The notes beneath the pieces were generated by a model. That model searched no databases. It saw only the letters and a list, made by a program, of their open reading frames with translations, and was not told the DNA's origin. Positions 43,782 to 53,949 of a stretch of 64,000 bases of DNA are shown here, one piece after another. Positions within the stretch are counted from its first letter, which is position 1. Each line of letters begins with the position of its first letter. A program made the translations under genes and the position numbers. Origin of the DNA: Candidatus Magasanikiibacteriota bacterium (GTDB taxonomy: Bacteria; Patescibacteriota; Patescibacteriia; Magasanikbacterales; GWA2-37-8); NCBI GenBank assembly GCA_041666745.1, contig JBAYGI010000004.1, positions 3,440 to 67,439 of the forward strand, in the 5' to 3' direction.

Positions 43782-45521
43782 ATGCCTTCAGATTTTCCAT
43801 CAATTAGTAATTTGTTACCCAAAAAACCTGTGACTGGTAGTGCTCCGGTCGGTAAGGTTTCTAGCAAACCGACGAATGGTAATTCTACCGAGAAATTTGA
43901 TCAACAGATGAAAAAAATCGGTATTAAAGAAAAAGAGGAAACAGTGCGAGCCAATGCTCAATCGCTTGGGTTGTCATATATTGATTTGAGCGCTTTTCCG
44001 GTAGCTTCCGAATCTTTGCGTATGATTCCGGAGGAGCTGGTAAAAGAAAAAGGAATAGTTTGTTTTTATTCTACACCCGAGGAAATTCGTGTGGGTTGTA
44101 TTGAGCCAAACAAAGACCTCGATGATTTTTTGTATCAACTTGGTGAGCGTCATCACGCCAAAGTGGTTTTGCATTTGATTTCCAAAAATAGTTTTGATCA
44201 CGTGGTAAAATTATATGCAAATTTACCAATTGTAAAAGCAATTACCAAAGATATAAATATTACCGATGAGGAACTAAATAAATTCGGAGAAAAAATTGAT
44301 AATTTACAAAGTTTGCAAGAAAAGTTTTTAAATGTTTCGGTGACAGATATTTTGAGTTTGATGATCGCCGCCGCTTTAAAAATAAATTCATCAGATATTC
44401 ATGTGGAAGCGGAAGAAAATGGTATCGCGGTGCGTTATCGTATTGATGGTATTTTGCATGACGTGGCGACTTTGCCAAAGGAACAGTGGAAGCGATTTGT
44501 GTCGCGTATAAAATTATTATCGGCTTTAAAAATAAATATAAATGACAAACCTCAAGACGGTCGTGTGACTTTGGCTTTGGGATCCGGCAATTTGGATGTT
44601 CGTGTTTCGACAATGCCGACTATTCACGGTGAGAGTGTGGTGATGCGTATCTTGCACAGTGGAAGTAAAGGGGTGACCTTTGATGAACTCGGCTTGCGTG
44701 GTGATGCCTTCAACCGTCTCAAGCGAGAGGTGGAAAGACCAAATGGCATGATTATTACGACCGGTCCGACCGGTTCCGGTAAAACCACTACTTTGTATGG
44801 TATTTTGCGAACTTTAAACAAGCCGGGTGTAAAAATCATTACTTTGGAGGATCCAATTGAAATCAAAATGGAAGGTATCAACCAGAGTCAGGTGGATATT
44901 TCCAAGGATTATACTTTTGCCAAAGGATTGCGAAGTATTTTGCGCCAAGATCCGGATATTTGTATGGTTGGTGAAATCCGTGATTTGGAGAGTGCTGAAA
45001 TCGCTATTCAGGCCGCTCTTACCGGTCATTTGATGTTGTCTACTATTCATACCAATAGTGCGTCTGGTGTGATCCCACGTTTTCTTTCGATGGGGGTTAA
45101 GCCATTTTTGTTGGCACCGGCGCTAAATGCGGTGATTGGCCAGCGTTTGGTGCGTCGTATTTGTGAATTTTGCAAAGAAGAAGATACAGCAACGGCTGAA
45201 AAATTGGAACGCGCTAAAAAAATATTATCGGAACTACCGGAAGCAGAAAAGAAAAATGTGGACATGAACAATTTGCATTTTTACAAAGGCAAGGGTTGTG
45301 AAAAATGTAGTGGTTTGGGATACAAAGGACGTGTTGGTATTTATGAAATTTTCACCATGACCAAAGAAATTGAGCAAATAATTTTGAGTACTGAGGTTTC
45401 GGAATATAAAATTCAAGAATTAGCGGTAAAAGGTGGTATGACCACCATGGCTCAGGATGGTTTGTTGAAAGCTTTGGACAAGATTACTTCATTGGATGAG
45501 ATTTTCCGTGTGACTGAGTAG
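43782..45521 (+). CDS. pilB: type IV pilus assembly / type II secretion ATPase (PilB/GspE family)
   Basis: T2SE N-domain, Walker A GPTGSGKTTTLY, Asp/His boxes, tetracysteine CEFC...CEKCSGLGYKGRVGIYE. Confidence 0.9.
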   Translation: MPSDFPSISNLLPKKPVTGSAPVGKVSSKPTNGNSTEKFDQQMKKIGIKEKEETVRANAQSLGLSYIDLSAFPVASESLRMIPEELVKEKGIVCFYSTPEEIRVGCIEPNKDLDDFLYQLGERHHAKVVLHLISKNSFDHVVKLYANLPIVKAITKDINITDEELNKFGEKIDNLQSLQEKFLNVSVTDILSLMIAAALKINSSDIHVEAEENGIAVRYRIDGILHDVATLPKEQWKRFVSRIKLLSALKININDKPQDGRVTLALGSGNLDVRVSTMPTIHGESVVMRILHSGSKGVTFDELGLRGDAFNRLKREVERPNGMIITTGPTGSGKTTTLYGILRTLNKPGVKIITLEDPIEIKMEGINQSQVDISKDYTFAKGLRSILRQDPDICMVGEIRDLESAEIAIQAALTGHLMLSTIHTNSASGVIPRFLSMGVKPFLLAPALNAVIGQRLVRRICEFCKEEDTATAEKLERAKKILSELPEAEKKNVDMNNLHFYKGKGCEKCSGLGYKGRVGIYEIFTMTKEIEQIILSTEVSEYKIQELAVKGGMTTMAQDGLLKALDKITSLDEIFRVTE

Positions 45522-45571
45522 AACAAAAATCAATTTTGTGATATAATAAATTTACTTTAAAGAATTTTATT

Positions 45572-46720
45572 ATGCGTGTTCGCCATACAGAAACTCGCGC
45601 TCAATTTTCTGAGCCATCAGTCAATTTTTATCGCACGATTGCTTTGTCCTTTTTAATTATAACTGTTGTCTTGTTGGCGGTGGTAGTTTTTGTAACCTCA
45701 AAAAAAGCTACGATTACTATTTTGGCCAAAGAAGATACTAGAAGTGTCAATTTGACCGTGGGTTTGAATGCTGGTGGAGGATCTCCTGACGTCAACACTA
45801 TTGTTGGTACGGTTTCTTCATCGGTAGTAAATTTTTCACAAAAATATTTTCCAACCGGTTCGAAAACTATCGAGGGTTTGGCTGGTGGTGAAGTAACTAT
45901 TTATAACAAAACCAACGAACCGCAAGTTTTGGTTAAAACTACCAGACTGCAGACTGAAAAAGGAATTTTGTTTAGATTATCTGACAAAGTTTCCGTCCCA
46001 GCCAACGGTCAAATTGTCGCCACAGTTTATGCTGACAAAGCTGGGGCTGAAAGCGATATTGGACCGAGTAAATTTATTATCCCAGGTTTGGATGCCGACA
46101 AACAAAAAGTGGTTTATGCCGAGAGTCTGAAACCAATGGATACCGGTGTTCGCAAAGTGGGCATTTTGACTGAGGATGATGTAAAAGCGGCCAGTAAAGA
46201 TTTTGAAGAAAAAATCAAAGAACAATATGGTACAATTTCGGTAGATGAAAATATAAAAAAAGTAGTCACGGTGACTGGAGCAAGCCCAATATCTGATAAA
46301 AAAGTCGGTGAAGAAGTGGACGGATTCAATTTGAGTGGCACTAGCACAGTAGTAATAATTTCTTATGACAAAACCGCTCTAAATGATGTTGTGTCCAAAG
46401 TAATTTCATCAAAAGTGGATAATACCTTAGAAAAAGTTTTGACTGTCACCAATGATCCAAAAGTAAGCGTGGCCTCATATGATTCGGCCAACAAAACCGC
46501 TCAGTTGTCTGTTGCTCAAGATGTGTTAGTCACATTGGATGCCAATGCCGAAAAACTATCACCACAATATTTTATGGACAAAAACAAAGATGATATCGAA
46601 AGATATGTGTTTGAGCTCAATCATGTGGCTGGTGTGGAAGTAAAGTTTTCGCCATCATGGATTAGTAAAGCGCCAAGCGTACCAGACAAGATAAAGGTGA
46701 TAGTAAAGAACGTAAAATAA
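45572..46720 (+). CDS. hypothetical membrane-anchored protein
   Basis: 382 aa with an N-terminal TM anchor and a beta-rich extracytoplasmic body. Confidence 0.45.
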   Translation: MRVRHTETRAQFSEPSVNFYRTIALSFLIITVVLLAVVVFVTSKKATITILAKEDTRSVNLTVGLNAGGGSPDVNTIVGTVSSSVVNFSQKYFPTGSKTIEGLAGGEVTIYNKTNEPQVLVKTTRLQTEKGILFRLSDKVSVPANGQIVATVYADKAGAESDIGPSKFIIPGLDADKQKVVYAESLKPMDTGVRKVGILTEDDVKAASKDFEEKIKEQYGTISVDENIKKVVTVTGASPISDKKVGEEVDGFNLSGTSTVVIISYDKTALNDVVSKVISSKVDNTLEKVLTVTNDPKVSVASYDSANKTAQLSVAQDVLVTLDANAEKLSPQYFMDKNKDDIERYVFELNHVAGVEVKFSPSWISKAPSVPDKIKVIVKNVK

Positions 46721-46757
46721 TAATTTGACTTATTTCGGACTTTAATTTACTATACAA

Positions 46758-46790
46758 TCGATATCTTTGCTTAGATATCGGTTTTTTATT
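46758..46790 (+). terminator. hairpin plus T-run between a TTGACT/TATACAAT-like promoter and the thrS start (terminator or leader attenuator)
   Basis: ATCGATATCT ttgctt AGATATCG gTTTTTT. Confidence 0.4.
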
Positions 46791-46813
46791 TAAAATAATT
46801 AAAAAATGTTTAT

Positions 46814-48598
46814 ATGGATAAAGAACAATTGGAAATCATGCGTCATAGTTGCGCGCATTTGGTAGCAGCGGCGGTACAAAAAATGTACCCCCAAGCGAAG
46901 TTTGGAGTGGGTCCAACCGTAGAAAATGGTTTTTATTATGATATTGATTTTGGTACCGCGATTAATGATGGGGATTTGCAAAAAATCGAAAATTGCGCTC
47001 GCGAATTGGCCAAAGGGAAATTAAAATATGAACGCCAAGAGTTGCCGATCGATGAGGCGATAAAATTGTTTGATGATTTGAAACAAAATTATAAAGTAGA
47101 ACTATTACACGATATAAAAGAAAAAGGTACAACTAAAGTACATAGTGAAGAAAAAAAAGAAACAGTGGATTCAGTATCCATATATACTACCGGTGAGTTT
47201 GTGGATTTGTGTCGTGGTCCACATCTAAAAAATACTAGTGAAATTGGTGTGTTTAAACTTACTAAATTGGCTGGTGCTTATTGGCGCGGAAAAAGTGAAA
47301 ATCCACAACTGACTCGTATTTATGGGGTTTGTTTTGCCACCCCAGCTGAATGGGAGGAGTATTTAAAAATGTTGGAAGAAGCTGAAAAGCGTGACCATCG
47401 TAAAATAGGCGCTGAGCAAGATCTGTTTTTCTTTGATGATAAAGTTGGTAAAGGTTTGGTAATGTGGTTGCCAAACGGCACGATAATTCGTAATGAAATA
47501 GAAAAATTGGCTACAGATTTTGAACGTGCGGCTGGTTATGTGCGTGTGCGTACACCTCATTTGGCCAAAGAAGAACTATATTTGACTTCCGGGCACTTGC
47601 CATATTACAAAGATAGTATGTATCCGGCTATGGAAATGGATGATGGTACTTATTATCTCAAAGCGATGAATTGTCCGCACCATCATACTATTTTTAATCA
47701 CAACAAACATAGTTATCGCGATCTGCCTTTGCGTATTGCCGAATATGGCGAATGTTATCGCAATGAGTTGTCTGGAACTTTGGCTGGTTTGTTGCGGGTG
47801 CGTTGCATGGCCATGAATGACGCTCATATTTATTGCCGAAAAGATCAAATAAAAAATGAATTCAAGAGTGTGATAGATTTGATGATTAAATATTTTAAAA
47901 TATTTGGCTTGGAAAATTATTGGTTTAGACTTTCCAAATGGAGTCCTGATCATTTGGAAAAATACATCAACGAGCCAACCAATTGGGAATATTCAGAAGG
48001 GATAATTCGTGAGGTTTTACAAGAAATGGAAGTACCTTTTGTGGAAGCGGAAGATGAAGCGGCTTTTTACGGTCCAAAAGTGGATGTGATGTTTAAGTCT
48101 ATTGTCGGGAGAGAAGAAACCATGTCCACTGTGCAATTGGATTTTGCCGCAAAACAAAAATTCGGTTTAAATTATGTGGATGAAACTGGACAAGATAATA
48201 ACGAAGTGTTTGTTATTCATCGCGCACCACTTTCTACTCACGAACGCTTTACCGCCTTTTTGATAGAGCATTACGGTGGTCGTTGGCCAGTATGGTTGTG
48301 TCCAACTCAAATAGTGTTGGTGCCGGTGACTGACAAGCACGCTGAAGGGGCAAAAAAGATAGAACAGGAGCTATTTGATTTGAACATACGGGTGGAGAGT
48401 GATAGTGCCAACGAAACTTTGGGCAACCGAGTGCGTAAAGCGGCCAGTAGACAAGTGTCATACATCATTGTGGTGGGAGACAAAGAGCTTGCTGGTGAAG
48501 ATTGGATGATTCGTGTGCGTGGGCAGAAAGATCAGATTAAAATGAGCAAGGCTGAATTTATTGCCAAAATTCAACAGGAAATTAAAGATAGGGTGTAA
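46814..48598 (+). CDS. thrS: threonyl-tRNA synthetase
   Basis: Editing-domain HxxxH/CxxxH motifs (MRHSCAHLVAAA), class II motifs 1-3, C-terminal anticodon-binding domain. Lacks an N-terminal TGS extension. Confidence 0.95.
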   Translation: MDKEQLEIMRHSCAHLVAAAVQKMYPQAKFGVGPTVENGFYYDIDFGTAINDGDLQKIENCARELAKGKLKYERQELPIDEAIKLFDDLKQNYKVELLHDIKEKGTTKVHSEEKKETVDSVSIYTTGEFVDLCRGPHLKNTSEIGVFKLTKLAGAYWRGKSENPQLTRIYGVCFATPAEWEEYLKMLEEAEKRDHRKIGAEQDLFFFDDKVGKGLVMWLPNGTIIRNEIEKLATDFERAAGYVRVRTPHLAKEELYLTSGHLPYYKDSMYPAMEMDDGTYYLKAMNCPHHHTIFNHNKHSYRDLPLRIAEYGECYRNELSGTLAGLLRVRCMAMNDAHIYCRKDQIKNEFKSVIDLMIKYFKIFGLENYWFRLSKWSPDHLEKYINEPTNWEYSEGIIREVLQEMEVPFVEAEDEAAFYGPKVDVMFKSIVGREETMSTVQLDFAAKQKFGLNYVDETGQDNNEVFVIHRAPLSTHERFTAFLIEHYGGRWPVWLCPTQIVLVPVTDKHAEGAKKIEQELFDLNIRVESDSANETLGNRVRKAASRQVSYIIVVGDKELAGEDWMIRVRGQKDQIKMSKAEFIAKIQQEIKDRV

Positions 48599-48612
48599 AG
48601 GAGTGTTATGAT

Positions 48613-49545
48613 GTGGTTATGTCAAAAATCCCCAAAATTGTTGTTATTTTAGGTCCTACGGCGAGCGGAAAAACCAATCTTGGTGTTGTTTTGGCGCGGG
48701 AATTTAACGGTGAAATTATCAATGCCGATTCTAGGCAAGTTTACAAAGAAATGGATGTCGCTACCGCCAAACCACACAAAGATGTAGGGTGCAAAAAGGG
48801 CGAATATGTTTTTCAAGGAATCACGCATCATTTGATGAATATCGTCAAGCCAAATGAGCGATTCACCTTGTCTGATTTTAAAGAACGGGCAAGTTTGGTA
48901 ATTGCCGATATTTTATCTCGTGGTAAATTACCGATAGTGGTTGGTGGTACCGGATTATATATTTGGTCGTTGGTGGATAATTTGGATATCCCAAAAGTAA
49001 AGCCAAATATTAAGTTGCGTAAAAGTTTTGATAAGAAAACTTTGGACGAGTTGGTCAAATTGTTAAAAAATATTGATCAGGCAACCGCTAAAAAAATTGA
49101 TTTAAAAAATCGTCGTCGAGTAATTCGTGCCTTGGAAGTGGCCATTAGCAGTGGTGAATCTTTTGTTGCGCAAACTACCAAATCTGCGCCACTTTATGAT
49201 GTTTTGCAAATTGGTATAAAATGTGACCGGGAAAAACTCTATCAAAATATTAATAGTCGTATTGATCAACAAATGCAATCCGGTCTGGTGGAAGAAACTA
49301 AAAAATTGGCCAAAAAATATTCTTGGGATTTGCCAAGCATGAGTAGTATTGGCTACAAACAAATTGGAAGTTATTTGCGAGGGGAGATGTCGTTAGCAGA
49401 TGCAGTCGAACGGTTCAAGAGAGATACCCGTCGATATGCCAAACGACAAGAGACTTGGTTTAAGCGCGATAAACGAATCGTATGGATACCGTTGGAAGAT
49501 TTTGATGGCGCGAAATTAATTGTTGAGAGGTATCTCGTCACCTAA
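48613..49545 (+). CDS. miaA: tRNA dimethylallyltransferase
   Basis: P-loop ILGPTASGKT and the ADSRQVYKEMDVATAKP motif. Confidence 0.9.
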   Translation: MVMSKIPKIVVILGPTASGKTNLGVVLAREFNGEIINADSRQVYKEMDVATAKPHKDVGCKKGEYVFQGITHHLMNIVKPNERFTLSDFKERASLVIADILSRGKLPIVVGGTGLYIWSLVDNLDIPKVKPNIKLRKSFDKKTLDELVKLLKNIDQATAKKIDLKNRRRVIRALEVAISSGESFVAQTTKSAPLYDVLQIGIKCDREKLYQNINSRIDQQMQSGLVEETKKLAKKYSWDLPSMSSIGYKQIGSYLRGEMSLADAVERFKRDTRRYAKRQETWFKRDKRIVWIPLEDFDGAKLIVERYLVT

Positions 49546-51360
49546 CATTTCCAGCTTCTTTCCGCTGATAGTATCGTCAGCGACAATATGGATTTTTGAG
49601 ACCAAAGTATTTTGAGTCGGGTCTTTTTTGTTGATAACAACTGTAAATGGCAGATCCAGCACATCGGTATTTTCAGTCATCTCCGGTATGATCCAGACCA
49701 GATGTTTGGTTTTTGGATCAAAGGTCACAGTGCCGGCTGATGTGGAAGAAGGTCCTTGCCAAATTATGTCACCAAAAACATCAGCGGAGAGTGTCATGTT
49801 TTTGAGTGGGTGGTAAGTGTTGTTTAGTACCCAAGTAATATTGTGTTGTTCTTTTTCTTGGCTGTTGCTACTGATTTCATTTTTTACTTGGATGGACAGA
49901 TCTGAATTGAGAGTGATGTTTATTGGGTTACCGCTAATCGTTTGGGTAGTTTTGGTGGAGTCGTTAAAAGTCAATTCGGCGGTTATTTTAATTTGATTAT
50001 TTTCGATACTATTCCAAGGAGCGGCGTCACTATTTTTGATAGGCAACTGAAAGTCCAGAGAAACTTCATCGCCGGCTTTGATTTTACTTAAACCAGTTAA
50101 TTTACTACCGTTCCAAGCTAGGTTGGCACGACGAATTTGTTCAGCTACTTGCGATCCGGTAATATCACCATCATTTTTATCGGCTATATCAGCCCAACCC
50201 AAAACACTTTGTTTTTTATAGGATGGCGAATCGACAGTAAGTTTTATTTGAGCTTTGTCGATATTTTCTTTACCGGAATTTTTTACTAAAACTGTAAAAT
50301 TTAAGATGTCACCCGGTTTGGATTCCATGTCGGTAAGCGAGCCGTTGATAGCCACGTTGATTGTTATCGCATTTTTTATAATTTCGGTATTGAGGGTAGC
50401 TTCTGAGAGGAGATAGCTGTCTTTATTGGAGTTCGCTAATTTTACTTGTACTTTTAGTGGTACGGTATTTTCATCGGTTAAAGAAAATTTGCCGATAAAA
50501 TTGATAGTATATTTAGAAATATTTTCTGTGGAGGTGGACGGTTTGAGTTTCCAGATATTTTTTTCCAGCGGAATGGATGAAGATGAAATAGAAAAGCTGG
50601 CAGGGAAAACCGGAACGATTTCTAAATTTTTTCCTACCAAGTTATCTTTGCTCTCAACGGTAATAGTGTAGTTGGTCGGTGTGCCTAGGGCAATTTTATC
50701 TATGCCGGTGAGTGAAATAATGATGGGCGCTTGTGTAGGGTTTACATTGAGTGTAGCTATTTTTTGCATTTCTGATTTGAAATTTTCCGGAGTATAGTTG
50801 AACAATACCCGCCAAGATTGCGCATCTCCCAATGATCCAAATAAATTGCCGGTGATTTGTAAAGTTTTTTCTTCATTTGGTTTTAAACTTCCAATATCCC
50901 ATTCATTTTTACCGATATTTTTTGGTTCCAACGAACTTTGTGAATATACAAAACCGGATGGGTAATTGGCGGTTAAATTAACTTTGTTGAGTGTGACGCT
51001 TTGATTGTTTTTGAAAATAATTTGGTAGGTGGTGGTAGCGCCAATAGTGAAATTTTCCGGACCGACTATTTTTAGATCCAACTGAGCATCAGAAAATTTA
51101 TTGGCCATTGGTAAAAAGAAAAATCCGGCCCAGGCCAAGGCGGCTAAAATGGCTATTGAAAATAAAAACTTGAATAAACCACCAACAAACGATCCTGTTT
51201 TAGCCTTTTTTATTTTGCGCATATCTGGCATGTGGCCGGTGTCATCTTTGTATATGTTGGTCAACTGACGTTCGATTTTTTGTTCAGCGAAGCTTTCTTC
51301 TTTGGGTGAACTGAGCTTTGTCACGCGACGTCGAGGTTTTTTTGGTGTTGAGTTTTCCAT
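49516..51360 (-). CDS. hypothetical membrane-anchored surface protein (beta-rich repeats)
   Basis: 614 aa with a basic N-terminus, one TM helix, and a long T/S/N-rich beta-strand body. Confidence 0.5.
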   Translation of the reverse strand: MENSTPKKPRRRVTKLSSPKEESFAEQKIERQLTNIYKDDTGHMPDMRKIKKAKTGSFVGGLFKFLFSIAILAALAWAGFFFLPMANKFSDAQLDLKIVGPENFTIGATTTYQIIFKNNQSVTLNKVNLTANYPSGFVYSQSSLEPKNIGKNEWDIGSLKPNEEKTLQITGNLFGSLGDAQSWRVLFNYTPENFKSEMQKIATLNVNPTQAPIIISLTGIDKIALGTPTNYTITVESKDNLVGKNLEIVPVFPASFSISSSSIPLEKNIWKLKPSTSTENISKYTINFIGKFSLTDENTVPLKVQVKLANSNKDSYLLSEATLNTEIIKNAITINVAINGSLTDMESKPGDILNFTVLVKNSGKENIDKAQIKLTVDSPSYKKQSVLGWADIADKNDGDITGSQVAEQIRRANLAWNGSKLTGLSKIKAGDEVSLDFQLPIKNSDAAPWNSIENNQIKITAELTFNDSTKTTQTISGNPINITLNSDLSIQVKNEISSNSQEKEQHNITWVLNNTYHPLKNMTLSADVFGDIIWQGPSSTSAGTVTFDPKTKHLVWIIPEMTENTDVLDLPFTVVINKKDPTQNTLVSKIHIVADDTISGKKLEMLGDEIPLNN

Positions 51361-51383
51361 AAATATATAATTATTTTTTTATT

Positions 51384-53861
51384 TTATTTTTCCATTACCA
51401 GACCCCAGATACGATCAGTGTCTAAGGTGAGTGGGGGAATGCTAGCGCCATTTTTTGCCAATTCAATTCCTTCGCCCTCTTGGTAGTTTGGTTTCCAGTC
51501 AGCTGGGAAAATTATTTGGCTTTCAAACGAACTGTTGATACCGGATTGTTTTTGTACTACCAATTGATAACGTTGCGCTTGTTTGGAGTCGATTATTTTT
51601 TGCCAAGAACTGTTGTTGGTTTGACTGATGTCGGTAAGCGTAAAAGGCAATTTATAAGTAAATTCAATTTGACTGGTTTGTCCTGGTTCGGTAATCACCC
51701 AATTACCAAACGCAGTTTTGTCAAATTCTTCGGTTATTCTGGTGCCGGTACGCTCGTCTATTTTTATTTCTTTTTCTGTTTGTTTTAAAAATTCGTCTAT
51801 TTTGTATGTTTTATCCGGTACCTTGAAACTGTTTTCTTCCGGCCAAGTGAAACCACTGGCAGAAATTAATTCACTGTTTTTCGGAACATACAAACGAATA
51901 TAGTCGATATTGGCGGCACCATATAATTTTTCTTCAGCATTGCCGGTATGAGTGCGGGAAATAACGACGGTATCAGTAATAGTACCATCGTTTTGCACGA
52001 TAGCTTGGTGACTGATGGTTTGTTTTATTTTATCATCACTTTTTTGACCTTGGATGTTGGTGTTGAATACAGCTAGATAATCTTGGTGATCATTGGTATC
52101 TAAAATTTTTCCACTCCAACCTAGCTGATCTACTGCCGATTGAGCGGTTTGGTCGGTAAAATATGCCTGTACTTCTTTTTTGGACAAAGCTTCTTGTAAG
52201 TTGATAATCAGTGGAATCAGATCTTTTGGTTGACTGTTTTTAAAATGGTCGATAAATTGAGGCGCCAAATCTGAAAGAATTTGTTTTGGTTTGTGGTCCT
52301 TTTTTTCTGGACCCTCCTCGACTACTTGCTGAATTGTTTTGAGAGCATTGTCGGAAGAAAGTGTAAGACCACGTTTGTCGTCAGTAATTGGTCCGGTGAT
52401 GGCCAGTAATCTTTCGAGCACTTCGGCATTGATAGCAATCACACCATCAACTGTAACTTTGCGACTATGACGATAAAACCACATCATTTTTTGAGCACTA
52501 GCTGGAAAATTCGGGAACCAATTTGAGTCTTGGAATTCCCAGCGTTTGTTGGATAGCAACAATGGGGTAGGTGGTTCTAAAAATTGATCCAACTGCCCTT
52601 GTAAATCATAGCTACCACCGGCAGGAACGTCCAAATTTATGACTTTTCCATCTTTGACATCCATTATGGCAATACTTCCTATAAATCCACCGGTAGGACG
52701 CAATTCACTTGGATTTTGGAAGGCCAACAAATAACGTCGTTGACCCTGAGTGCCAAAAATTTCTTTTATGGCACCGTTTAAATCGGATAAATTTTGGAGA
52801 TCATGCAGAACGGCAGTAAAGATGATCTTGAATTCTTTGTATGGTCCTTGGTATTCCAATGGTAATGAATCCGGATTGACTGTATCTAAATAAGCCAGTG
52901 CTGATTTGTAGTTTGGTATGGCAGCGGATAAATGGTCGTTAAAAATTCCCAGTCTGGTGCTGATAGTACTGCTGGTGTCGGCCTGACTATCCGCGATGCC
53001 TTTGAGAAAAAAAGTATTACCCTGGGCGATTTTTTGGCCGGCTAGCAATAATGATTGACGACTTTTTACTTCACTGTCTAATATCGGAACAACAGAAACG
53101 ATTTTTTGTAAAAATTGATGTTTGTTTTGCATGGTTTCAACCGCCAAACCAAAACTTTTCAAGGCGTCATCGATAGCATTTTGAGCAGTTGGCAAATCAG
53201 CCTGCATCAGTGCGGCGGTGGAATTTTGCAGTGACAAAAACCCCGCAGTACTGTCTTCGGTGATTTTATTTTTGGTCAGTTTTACATCTTGGTAATAACT
53301 ACTGGCTGAGCTAGGAGCGATAATGATTATGATCAAAATAGCCGTGGCGACCGCTAGGCGTTGTAAGAAAAAATTTTCTTTGATGAAGGTTTTGAGTGCT
53401 GGCCACTTTGGGTGTTCACTGTTTTTTGGTTTTTTGGGTGACAAATTTGCCGGTAAGGTGGTTATCGAGATTGGTTCAGTTTGAGATAAAGGTGCAAATA
53501 TTTTTTGGTTGATGTCTTTTGGCTCGAATGTTTTTGATGATTGTATTTCTTGTTTTATTTTTTCATAAGCGGCATTAAAATCTATCGAACGGTTTTTTTC
53601 CGGGGCAATTGTGGCTACACTGTGCCAAGCTGGAGAGGTGTCCTGTTTTAAATTAACAACATGTGGTGAACCAACCGGTGAATTGGAAACATGGTGTACA
53701 AAAAACTTGATTGGCGCGGTCGAGGTGTGAGAAGAATTTACATTGATAATGGAATTCAAATAATCAGCACAAGTGGATTTGTTGTGTCCCGGTTTATCGC
53801 AAAAAGCACAACGACGAAGTTGCGGTCTTTTTTTGTTGAACAATTTTGTTGTTCTTGTCAT
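51384..53861 (-). CDS. hypothetical membrane-anchored protein with N-terminal CCHC zinc-knuckle-like motif
   Basis: 825 aa. CAFCDKPGHNKSTC near the N-terminus, one TM helix, and a large extracytoplasmic domain. Confidence 0.5.
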   Translation of the reverse strand: MTRTTKLFNKKRPQLRRCAFCDKPGHNKSTCADYLNSIINVNSSHTSTAPIKFFVHHVSNSPVGSPHVVNLKQDTSPAWHSVATIAPEKNRSIDFNAAYEKIKQEIQSSKTFEPKDINQKIFAPLSQTEPISITTLPANLSPKKPKNSEHPKWPALKTFIKENFFLQRLAVATAILIIIIIAPSSASSYYQDVKLTKNKITEDSTAGFLSLQNSTAALMQADLPTAQNAIDDALKSFGLAVETMQNKHQFLQKIVSVVPILDSEVKSRQSLLLAGQKIAQGNTFFLKGIADSQADTSSTISTRLGIFNDHLSAAIPNYKSALAYLDTVNPDSLPLEYQGPYKEFKIIFTAVLHDLQNLSDLNGAIKEIFGTQGQRRYLLAFQNPSELRPTGGFIGSIAIMDVKDGKVINLDVPAGGSYDLQGQLDQFLEPPTPLLLSNKRWEFQDSNWFPNFPASAQKMMWFYRHSRKVTVDGVIAINAEVLERLLAITGPITDDKRGLTLSSDNALKTIQQVVEEGPEKKDHKPKQILSDLAPQFIDHFKNSQPKDLIPLIINLQEALSKKEVQAYFTDQTAQSAVDQLGWSGKILDTNDHQDYLAVFNTNIQGQKSDDKIKQTISHQAIVQNDGTITDTVVISRTHTGNAEEKLYGAANIDYIRLYVPKNSELISASGFTWPEENSFKVPDKTYKIDEFLKQTEKEIKIDERTGTRITEEFDKTAFGNWVITEPGQTSQIEFTYKLPFTLTDISQTNNSSWQKIIDSKQAQRYQLVVQKQSGINSSFESQIIFPADWKPNYQEGEGIELAKNGASIPPLTLDTDRIWGLVMEK

Positions 53862-53949
53862 CTTAAAAATTTTGGTGAATGTTTAGTTACTATATTATAC
53901 ACCTTTTTAAGCTGACGCGCATCTGAAAAAAATGGTAGTTATCCACTTT

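Noticed and set aside
46721-46813. T-box riboswitch leader upstream of thrS
   Set aside because: The leader is under 95 nt and shows only a simple hairpin plus T-run. No specifier loop or T-box consensus (AATTAGGGTGGNACCGCG).
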